From Narcine bancroftii (taxonomy: Eukaryota), in NCBI RefSeq assembly GCF_036971445.1, contig NC_091479.1, forward strand, positions 80,228,001 to 80,292,000: 64,000 nt of DNA. Direction: 5' to 3'. Below the pieces are notes generated by a model. It had not been told where the DNA came from. It ran no database searches and saw only the letters and a list, made by a program, of their open reading frames with translations. The number at the start of each line of letters is the position of its first letter. The stretch's first letter is position 1. Below, piece after piece: positions 12,401-23,000 of the stretch. A program made the position numbers and the translations under genes.

Positions 12401-14680
12401 CCACCACACAGCCCAGAATTGCGAGCCGTGGTCCAGAAGACATACTTTTCAAAATTATAGGTCAAGTTCAACCGAGTTGCGTCTGAAAAAATTTCTCAAG
12501 GTTGGCATCATGATCCTCCGTGTTATGGCCGCAGATGGTGATATTGTCCAGATACGGGAAAGTAGCAGTCAGCCCGTTCTTGTCCACCATCCGGTCCATT
12601 TCCCACTGGAAGACCGCAACGCCATTTGTGACCCCAAAGGTACCCTGAGGAATTGATACAGCCGCCCATTCGCCTCGAAGGCTGTGAAAGGTTGGTCTTC
12701 TCGGCAGATCGGGAGCTGATGATAGGCCGAACGTAAGTCAATGGTGGAAAATGTGGTGATCTGATTCACCACATCCGTGATCCGAGGAAGGGGCTCCGCA
12801 TCCAGGAGAGTGAAGCAGTTGATTGTCTGGCTGTAGTCAACCACCATCCGCGGCTTCTCCCCGTTTTTAACAACCACCACCTGGGCCCTCCATGGACTTG
12901 AGCTAGGTTCAATAATGCCCTCATCTAGCAGTCTGCGAACCTCGCTTGTGATAAATTTCCTGTGTTCATAACTATATTGCCGGCTTTTAGTGGCCACAGG
13001 CTTCCAGCCAGGCTGCCACTGGCAGGAGGTTTCCGGGGTGGAGTGGTTACAGACAGAGAGTGGAGCGTGAGGCCCCCCAAAGTGCAGGGAAACGATTTGA
13101 AACTGGCACTGAAAATCCAGTCCCAGCAGTGCATGGGTGCACAATTGGGGAAGGACTAATAGTTTGCCGCCGGCCATTTTGGAGCGACAGACTACAGCAA
13201 AGTGGCCGTTTTTAAAGCACTTTTGGCACCTGGCTTTTCTCACCGGGCACTGGGACCTGCTGTGCTTGTTCCTCTTGAAGAAATAACATTTTGGGGTTGC
13301 ATTGGGCAGCGTAGTGGCAGTAGTAGGGTAGAGGGAGGGGATCCTACTTACATCAGAGTGTGGGGTCCAGCCCCGAGAGTACATGTCCATACTTAAAAAC
13401 CATAGTCTCCATCATCTTGGCGATCCAGATCACGTCCTCTAGGTTTTCTCCCCCGTGCTCTAGCAGGCGCTGCCTCACCTCATTCGATCGAACCCCAGCC
13501 ACATAGGCATCCCAAATCAGATTGTCTGTGGTCTCTGCAGCAGTTCTGTCTGTGCAGGCACAGTCCCTACCCATTGCCCTTAGTGCCTGAATATAAGCTC
13601 TACAGGACTCACCGGGCTGTTGCCTCCTTGTAGCAAGTTTGTACCGAGCGTAGACCCTGTTCACTGGTTGCTCGTAGAGCCCTTTCAGCACCTTCATGGC
13701 TGCGGCGTAAGTGGTCGCATCCTGGTCACTCTGGTAGACTCTCGGGGGACACCATAGTCATCAATATTAGTAGTTGATGGTTGTCCTCTATCACGGCAGG
13801 ATCAGAGAGCTGTAGGTATGTTTCAAAGCATCTCACCCAGTGCTTAAAGTCATTCAAGGCTGTAGCTGTCTGTGGGTCGATGTCGAGGCGTTCCAGCTGT
13901 AGCATACGCTCCATCCCTTCAAAATTTTTTAGTTAATAAAATTATAGTGCGTGTTGAAAGAACCAAAGATTTGTTGATCCAAAGCAAGGTTTTTATTAAC
14001 TAAAAGACTGGAGCATATCACAAGTAGGTCGACCAGTCCAGAATGACCTGGTCTGGCTCGGAGCAATCCTTTAAGATCTGCCAGCAGGTGTGGCTACACT
14101 CTCAGCCAATCACAGATATCCTACACTACCATCTGTACATATGTAAATATACATATTGGTGATAGAATCTGTACTATCACACCTCTCCCCCACCATCCAC
14201 CCATGAAGTGTTGTGGTCCCCATACATTCGCGGCCATTGCTCACTGTAAGACCCGCCCCCATCCGCTTGACTAGCATGCGTCAAGCATCATTAGCGTCTA
14301 GCATAATACTCGCTAGTGACTCTGGACACAATAAAAGCAGTGCATTCAACTGCTACGTCGGAGGAGGTTTACATCCATTCAGCAAGTAGGCCACCAGCAC
14401 CCCACCCTAGCTGTTAGGCCACCAGCCCAACTGAGTGTTGGACTATGCCCCCACAACCCCAGTTACCCTAATTCCCCCTCATCACTCATTCTGGTGCCGA
14501 CCCTGGCTTTGATTCTTTCCATCACCAGATGCTCAAAGCATAATGATGAGATCAGTGCCACAGGTTGGTAGTCATTGAGGCCTGTTATTGTTGTCCTCTT
14601 GAACACTGGGATAATGGTGGGTGTCTTGAGTCCTATGGGAATGTTGGACTGCTGCAGTGAGGTGTTGAAGAGTTATCTAT
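9440..14680 (-). mobile_element. Rex1/Babar-like LINE remnant (9440-10584 plus 14182-14680), split by the Gypsy insertion
   Basis: ORF 9628..9969 KFLEVHLTRDLLW..VRKVQQRLHFLRRLKRARL; CAAGTCAAGT-type tail at ~9441; related + strand copy at 22096-23165. Confidence 0.7.
10585..14181 (-). mobile_element. Ty3/Gypsy LTR retrotransposon with both LTRs, internally deleted and frameshifted (gag-PR remnant-RT-RH-IN)
   Basis: LTRs at 13943-14181 (5') and 10585-10815 (3'), ~92% identical by eye; PPT at 10816-10831; flanks CCCC/CCTC. Gag with CCHC knuckle (CQKCFKNGHFAVVC), RT (WRAQVVVV..DYSQTIN..DLRSAYHQ), RNase H (ESDVS..AATL), integrase (HPG..CAEC, DFKGPLP, DEYSRF, HSDKG). Confidence 0.95.
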
Positions 14681-14931
14681 GTTATTAATACAGATAATAA
14701 ATAATTGAAGCCCCGACAAGTTACAGGAAGCCAAGTTTAAAAATAAAAAACATTTAATAGGTTTCTATTAGTTTGCTAATCCCCAATCCATGCTGATATA
14801 TTACCACCAATGCTACAAACTCTATTATTGTACATTAATCATTTATACATTTTTATTTTCAAAATCCAAATGCCCTACATTTACTGTTTTCCGTTTATCC
14901 ATGCTGAAAGAAATCAAATATATTTATTAAA

Positions 14932-15261
14932 CAAACGTACCCCCCCGACTTACAACTGTAAGTTGGATCAAAGGATCAGTCATAACTTGGAATGTCGGAA
15001 TTGCGTATATCTGTTTAAAAAAAAGATGAAAAAACAAAATTTACACAGTTTCTGTTTTATTTTACAATCTATAACAGGGATACAAAATGTGGGTACTTAG
15101 TCGACACCCCAGGATCCACAGGCTGGTGCAGAATCTTGATTCCTGTGTGCATGCACGAATCTTTGGCCTATGGTGGGTTCGCATATTGGAGTTTGGTTGT
15201 CGCATGTGTGAGAGTTAAGCGCCCTAACAATATTGAATTCGCAAGTCAGGAAGTACCTGTA
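14932..15261. mobile_element. Tigger/pogo-like MITE
   Basis: GTACCCCCCCGACTTAC and GCAAGTCAGGAAGTACCTGTA form imperfect TIRs. Confidence 0.5.
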
Positions 15262-15429
15262 ATTTATTTCCTTTTCATAGAACTACATCAACACTGGTTA
15301 ATTGTAACATGATTTTTTAAATGTATTGCCTTTAATTTAAAAATTGACTGTTGAAATATAAATATACGCATATCAGAGAAGGGCAGGAATGGATTTGTTC
15401 TAGCATCTTCTACAATTAATGCAATCCCT

Positions 15430-15860
15430 ACCTCTTATATTGTGCACAGACAAAGACAATTTTCCTTCATTTGCCCCTTGCTCCACAGTTTTAAATTTGT
15501 AATCAAACAATTCATGTGATTAAAGTGCATATTCCAGATTTTATTCAAGGTTATTTGTGTACATTTTGGTTTGACCACGAAGAAATTACATCACTTTTTA
15601 TATATACCTGTAGTCCCCTCATTTCAAGGCACCAGAATATTTGAGACATTGTAATGGTATGTACTGTATATTAAAGTAGACATGTTTAGTACTTTGTTGC
15701 ATATCCCTTGCATGCAATGACTGCTTGAAATCTGTGATCTTTACACATCATTAGGTGCTGAGTATCTTTTCTGGCGATGTCCTGCTAGGCCTCTACTGGA
15801 GTCATCTTAAGCTCCTGTTTATTTCAGGGGCTTGTCCCCTTAAGTTTCCTCTTCAGCATG
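15430..15860 (-). mobile_element. Tc1-like transposon 3' fragment
   Basis: Minus strand 15860-15686 reads LKRKLKGTSP*NKQELK...HRFQAVIACKGYATKY*, the Tc1 transposase C-terminus, followed by IR/DR-type terminal sequence. Confidence 0.8.
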
Positions 15861-18800
15861 CTACGCTGATGATACTCAGCTTTGTCTCCCCCTGAAGCCC
15901 AACAATCAAGCAAAGATAACCAGCCTCAATGACTGTCTGGAGGCTTCGCTTGCTCTTCGAGTTGTTGTTTCTAGAGCAGACGCCAGAAGATATCCGCCTC
16001 ATGTTGGCTGACGAGGACTTTGATAACCCTCAAACAGTGGCCATTCTGTGATGCATGAAACAGAAAAGCGCAAGCCCCACAGAAATTAGTGCTGTGTCAC
16101 ACCCAAAGGCTCAATCTCCACGAGTACCAGCAATGAAGGCACACGTTCCCCTGGACAAGTATGACTCTGTGACAATGGTTATGGCAGCTGGTCACTTTAA
16201 TAGCCTACTCAACGTCTTGGATGAACTCTCCCAATGCAAATTTCTTGTCGGCATGGGTGCGGTGATTAGTGTCCTTTCTTCTTTAGGCTTTGACACCCAT
16301 ACCAGGAGTGCAGGTTCAGTGTTCACTGGGGTGAATAACAGTTCAAGTCATATGTGTGGCACATGGACAATAAGTTCACATGGAAGTTCATTCTTGCTGC
16401 TGTGTCCCGGCTGTTGTTGGGTGCTGACTTTCTCAGAGCCAATCCACTGCTGGTGGATGTAAGAGGGCGCCAGTTGGTGAACACCACAATGTTCCAGACT
16501 TTCTGCCTTTGAAAACTCAAATTACCTAGACACCAAACTTCTTGTGGAGTTTCCAGACATTGTCACTCCTCATTTCTCCACTGCCATACCCAATCATGGG
16601 ATTGCACACCACATCCTCACTGAAAGACCTTCTCTACACGCCCAAACCTGATGCCTGCCACCTGACAAGTTACGGCCTGCATAAAATGGAGGAACTTGGA
16701 ATCATACGTTGTTCTGATAGCCCATGGGCTTCCCCATTACATATGGTGCCCAAAGCCACAGGAGGTTGAAAACCTTGCGGGGATTACAGGCATCACAACA
16801 ACGCTACCACTGCAGACCGCTATCCTGTGCCCCAAATAGAGAACTTTACAGCTAATCTTCATGGGGACAGGATATTTTCTAAGATTGACTTGGTGTGTGG
16901 ATACCACCAAATACCTGTAAACCCAGAGGATGTGTCCAAGATTGCTATTATAACACCGTTCGGCCTCTTTGAATTTTTGAGAATGTCCTTTGGCTCAAAA
17001 ATACTGCAGAAACATTCCAGCGGCTGATGAACACTGTGGGGCGTGGCCTGGGCTTCCTTTTCATATACTTGGATGACATACTTGTTGCCAGCCACTCCCA
17101 CAAAGAGCACCTACAGCATTTGTGTTTACTCTGCCGCTGGCTACAGGAGTTTGGGCTAACTATGAACCCTGGCAAGTGCAAATTTGGGCAGTTATTGGGA
17201 CATCAGATCAGTAGCTGGGGTGTTGATCCATTGCCTAGTAAGGTGGAAGCCATCCTCAAATTTGAGAGGCCTGATACCATCAAAGGACTCCAGGAATTTG
17301 TGGGGATGGGCAACTTCTATGTCACTTTCTGCAGCTCATGTTATGAAACCCCTCTTCGACCCAGCAATACCAAAAAACTCGAGTGGACAAAGGAAACGAC
17401 AGTAGCATTCCAGCAGACTAAAAACAACATTGCTGGTCCATCCACAAATGGATGCACCAACTTGACGATAGACACATCCGATGTGCCAGTAGGCGGGGTC
17501 TTGGAACAGAACAGCAATGGACACTGAAGCCTGTAGCATTTTTCAGTAGGCACCTCCAACCTCCAGAATAGAAATACAGCACATTCAATAGGGAACTGCT
17601 GGCGCTGAACCTAGTGGTCAGACACTTCCACTATTTTTTGGATGGCAGGGACTTCATGGTTTTTACTGACCTCAAACCACTAAGATTCACCTTCACAAAG
17701 GCATCAGATCCCTGGTCAGCCTGCCAGCAACGCCACCTCTCTTATGTTTCCAAGTTTTCAACCAGGATTAAACACATCTCCGGTAAGAGTAATGTGGTGG
17801 CTGATGCCTTGTCTCGCTCCTCCGTTTAAGCAGTACATGCCCTCTCTCCAAGTGCAGATTACATGGCGCCCGCCAGAGCTCAATACCAAGATGATGAATT
17901 CCCTGCAACTCAAGGATGTAGCCTTTGGGCCGCAAGGTACCACTCTCCTGAGCAAAGTTTCCACAGGTCAGCCTCATCCTATCACCCCTGCTGTGTGGAG
18001 ACATTGCATTTTTGATGCCATTCATGGACTGTCCCACCCTTAAATTCGAGCAACAGACTACCTGAAAACCAACGTTTATATGGTTTAGACACAAAAAGCA
18101 GGTCACATACTGGGCAAAGACGTGCACGGACTGCCAATCTGCAAAAGTGCAAAGGCGCCACTTCAGTCTTTCCAGCCACTGCAGTACAGATTCGATCACA
18201 TGCATATCAACATTGTCAGCCCACTTATGGTGTCACAAGTGACTAAGTACTTGTTAATGGTCATCAACAGATTCACTAGGTGGCCGGAGGTGGTTCCTAT
18301 GATAGACATTGACCGACTCATGCACGAGAGCTTTAATTTCTACTTGGATATCTCGGTTTGGGCTATCCGCACATGTCACCTCCAACAGAGGCCCACAGTT
18401 TACCTCTGCACTTTGGGATGTTTTGTTGTGACTGCTGGGAAAGCAGCTCCACTACATGACAGCCTACTACCCGTTGTCAAATGGCCTGGTAGAGCGGTTT
18501 CATAGGCACATGAAGGATGCACTGATGGCCTGCCTCCAGGGACCTGATTGGGCAGACAAGCTGCCCTGGATCCCCCTTGGAATAAGAACAGCACCAAAGT
18601 ACCTCGGGAGTTCGTGCCTGCACCATGCGGACAGGAGGTGCCATCAACTGAAGACTTAGACTGCGGAGCGGCTTGTAAAATTGGTCCTAGTTCCCACATC
18701 CAGGCATGGAACAACGACACTCTTAATCCCAAAAGAACTCTGGGACTGTGAGTTTGTGTTAGTGTGTAGAGTTGTACACGGGCCACCCTTACAGAGTGCT

Positions 18801-19211
18801 ATGGAACAATCGTACTGGACACTGGGGGGGGGGGGCATCCAGAGACGTTTACGATTGACTGACTAAAGCCTGCTCATCTCCACCTTGAACAGCCCTTGCC
18901 ATGACCTCAGATGTGAAAACATGAACGACCAACCAAAAGCAGTGGGCAGTAATGGCACCAGATGTTTAGCCTCTTATTGTTGGTTCTGGGGCTGGGGGGG
19001 TGGCGCCATGTTGCAGCTCACTGGAGGCTTAATCGAACCAGCTCAGGAGGTTCCAAGTGACATCAAGATGTCACAATTCAATGTCGCCATTTGGAATATG
19101 CGGGGTTTTAAAAAGCTGCGTGTGACTGAGTAAACGACTTTTACTGAACTTTGTCTCGACTACAACTGATCATTTTCTCATTCTTCATTTTGCACTGTGA
19201 CCGTTGCTACA
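15861..19211 (+). mobile_element. Decayed Gypsy LTR retrotransposon (CsRn1-like RT); 5' LTR missing, 3' LTR at 19009-19211
   Basis: SPWASPLHMVPK, FSKIDLVCGYHQIP, TPFGLFEFLRM, IYLDDILVAS, NVVADALSR, SNGLVERFHR; G-rich PPT at ~18988-19000; LTR TGTTGCAGC..GTTGCTACA. Host sequence resumes at 19212, matching 35104. Confidence 0.9.
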
Positions 19212-19884
19212 ATATCTTTTTCCCCATATAAAATGCATTTGTGGAAAGTAAAGGCAAATGATCAATAGGATGTGCTAAACAATGAGCTTCCACAGCTTAA
19301 TTACAGACTTTGCTTCTCATGGTACTTATCAGTGATTTGAAGTTAAATGTAGGGGCCATGACAGAGGTTTGACCATAATGAGATAGGAAGGAGTAGCTGC
19401 AGCAAGACTGAATGATTCTTCAAAATGGGAGAAACATGAGATGAGCGTTTTCATTGGGCAGAAAGACAGGAAAATCCACACTGAGAAGTACAAAGGAATA
19501 GAAAGAACTCGGTGTTTAGGAGAAGGACATAAGGTATTTCAGAAAATGTTTGGAATACTAGGTTTAATAAGGAAGGGAATAGAAAGGGGTAAAGAAAAAT
19601 CTTATTGGATCTTTTAAACTCCAAGGAAAACAATATGAACTATCACCAGGTGAAATAATTAATGCTGGGCTGTAAAATAAGTAACCGAAGACAGATTTTT
19701 GTTCCCAGTTAAATGAGCCTTGGGAATGTTTCCCTGTTCTCTCCAAAAAACACACCTGTAGTTCTTTTTTTCTGACTCACCAATTTTTCAAAGATTTCTC
19801 ATGTTGACTTTCTCAGCACCTGCACTTGACAGAATTTAAACAACTGATACACATGGTTGATAAGTGTTTAAAAGGGAAAATGGA

Positions 19885-19890
19885 TATAAA
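19885..19890 (+). promoter_or_regulatory. Gene A TATA box
   Basis: TATAAA 73 nt before the ATG; aligns with TATAAT at 35760-35765 in gene B. Confidence 0.65.
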
Positions 19891-19957
19891 TGCGAGGCAC
19901 AACTGCTCCTCCTTCCATGTTCTGTTACTCTACTAGGGGTGACACTGATCTGAAACA

Positions 19958-20015
19958 ATGAAGGCACTTAGTCTTCTTCTTCTTGTCATTGCTGGTATCC
20001 ATGGAAATCCTTCAG
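19958..20015 (+). CDS. Gene A coding exon 1 (signal peptide MKALSLLLLVIAGIHGNPS)
   Basis: ATG in an ACAATGA context downstream of TATAAA; hydrophobic core; donor G|GTACAA; paralogous to 35821-35875. Confidence 0.88.
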
Positions 20016-23000
20016 GTACAAAAGCTTGGTTTTCTGGAACTTCACTAACCCAACACACTTCAGTGTCCAGCACTTTGGAGAGAGTAGCCATCAGCATCTA
20101 GAATAGTTCCGAAGAGTGGCAGGATATACATTAGTACTAAATTGTCAACACTATTATCCAATTAAGGTTGAATTACAGTTTAATTTGTAATTATTGACAA
20201 GTCCCTCCATTACTTCACCCTTCGTGTAGTGGTTTTCAATCGATATGTTGTCTTGTATTTCCACTTATAGTTTAGACATCTAACCACGGATGGAGCATTT
20301 GCATGAGTTAAGGAAACCTTATAGGGTAAAAGTTATTGAATATGTTGTTTCTTAAATTTGAGGAAAATAAGGGGAAACCACATACTTAATTTGTCCTTGG
20401 AGCTGTCAAAAACCTGTGATTTCGTCCTCTATGAAGGTAAGGGTTGCAACTGTGTTCATAGCTAAGTATTTTTTGGGGCACAAAACTAAAATTTTCATTC
20501 CAAGAGTAAGAATTTTTCACTGCAATGTTCACAATTACCTAATTTGTAATTGATTCCATCTCCTATAAGACAATAATGTTTGCTAAATTCAATGATATTC
20601 TTTTTTTACAGTGCAAAAACCTGATGATCTTAGACCTGGTAAGTCGCTGTAAATCTATATCATAAAGTAAAATTTATCACATATTGGTAGATAAACAAAG
20701 CAATGCGCTATGATTAAAAATCAAAGAAACAGCAGAGGCTGGAAATCTGAAGTAAAGACAGAAAAACCAACGGGCCAGAACTCTGATGGAGAGTCTTAGA
20801 TCTCAAACATGAACTTGGAATTTCTTTCCACAGATGCTGCCTGACCCACTGAGGGTTTCCAGTATCTTCTGTTTTTAACAATGTTATTTTACGATTGGTA
20901 ACATTGTGCTATTAATTTCTATACAAGGATACATTAAATGAGTGAGTCCATGTAATGTAGAATTTACACCCAATTAACCTACATCCCTGATAGGTTCCAA
21001 ACAGTAGGAGGAAAAAAACCCACGCAGTCATGGGGAAAACATACAAGCTCCTAACAGACAGCACGGGATTCGAACCCTGGTCCCGATCACTTGCGCTGTA
21101 AAGGCTTTGCGCTAACTTCGAAGCCAACCGTGCTGCCCAAGAGAATCCCAAGAAATTCCAGAATTGTTATCAGCCGATATTCTACTTGTACATTTCAGGA
21201 GCGCCACAGGCAGAGACATGAGCAGAAACGCTGGATACGTTTCTTTCTCCCTACACTGTAGACCCCTAGCCCAATTGTACTGTCCCAATGTTTCTGGATT
21301 TAAGTACAATTCAGTTGGAATAACTTAAACATTTGTATTGTTTAATAACTACTTAAAACTCACTCTGAAACTGTTCAGCATTCTGAGATGTAAGGCATCT
21401 ACATGTTACTGTGCTGATACATGGGGAAACAACTACAGCCCATTTATAGCTCTGCACTTTGTAAGTTCGTTTTGTCCTATGTGAAACATGTCAACTTGAT
21501 TTAAATATTTTCTAAGGCTATTTTCGCCAAGTTTGCTGACAATACAAGGATAAATGGGAATGTAAATTGTTCAGAGAGCATAAAAAGGGAGTAAAGGGGG
21601 TGGGAGGTCACAATTTAGCAGGAATATAAGTGATCATGCAGGAGCAACAGATGATCGAGAAGAGTGCATATTTTATTCTTATTTAAGAGGGGTTATTCAC
21701 TAAAAGCAGATGAGAGATGGTGTATTTTATTGCTGAGTAATAATGGGTTGTCTTGTGAGGATATGAATGAAGATCTTGGGAAGTTTGATTGCCATTTCAT
21801 AGGTATTTGGTGAGATCATACCTGGAGTATTGTGTACTGTTTTGATCTCCTTACCCAAGAACAGACTATTTGCACTCGATTGATTCCAGAGATTGCATTG
21901 AAAAGCAAAAAAAGACAACATATACTGTGGAAAGGAATTGTCAACCTTCCTGCATCAAGACCCTGCACCAGTCTCGATGCAGGACCTTCACCAAAAGGTT
22001 TAAATTTCCTTTCCTTCCCACACATGCTGCTTGACTCGGTGTGTTTCTTTAGCAATTTGTTTTAGGATCATCTTTAATAATTTTATCCAGTTGAGCCTTC
22101 GCCAGAGGCTGATGGAGAAGCTGCCCTCACTGGGATTCCACACCCCTCTCTGAAACTGGATTCTGAATTTCCTAACAGAAAGGCCACAGTCTGTCTGGGT
22201 TGGTAGCAGAATGTTGAGCACTGGTGGGCTCAGCCTGCTTGTGTCCACACTACTGACCCATGGCTACATCACCAGATCCGGCTCCAACTGTGTCATCAAA
22301 TTTGCAGATAACACAACAGTCATTTGGCCTCATCAGCAACAATGATGAGTTGCACTATAGAGCAGAGGTGGAAAATCTCGTGAAATGGTGCGAGAATAAC
22401 AACCTAAGTCTCAATGTGGACAAAATGAAGGAAATGATCATGAACTTCAGAAGGACCAAGAATGACCAGCCTTCACTATACATCAATAACTCTATAGTGG
22501 AGAGTAGAGAACACCAAGTCACGTGACATCTCCTCACTTGTCAGGAAGGCACAACGGTGACTGCTCTTCCTGAGAAGACTGAAGCAGGCAGGGCCTACCG
22601 ACCACCATCATGTTAATCTACTCCATGAGCTCTATCAAGAGTGTCCTGGCCGGCAGCATTGCAGTGTGGTATGATTGCTGCAGAAAAATGCATTGAAGGT
22701 CAATCTACAGGGCCATAAGAGTGGCAGAGAGGATCAATGGAGTCTCTTCCCCCCACCCCCCCCACCCCGCCAACAGTGTGGTCTACTGGGATCGTTTCCT
22801 GGAGAAGGCATGCAAAATCATTGAGGATCCCTTCCACCCTGCACTCAGCATCTTTCAGCTGCAACCATTGGGGAAGAGATAAGGGAGTATCAGAGCCAGT
22901 ACCACCAGGCTGAGGAGCAGCTTCTTCCCACAAGTAATGAGAATGCTGAACGACCAAAGGAACTGCTCACACTAACTATCCGAGACTCCCATATGTATGA

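Noticed and set aside
21040-21138. Pol III A/B boxes suggesting a tRNA gene
   Set aside because: They are the tRNA-derived head of a SINE present in several decayed copies; no cloverleaf.
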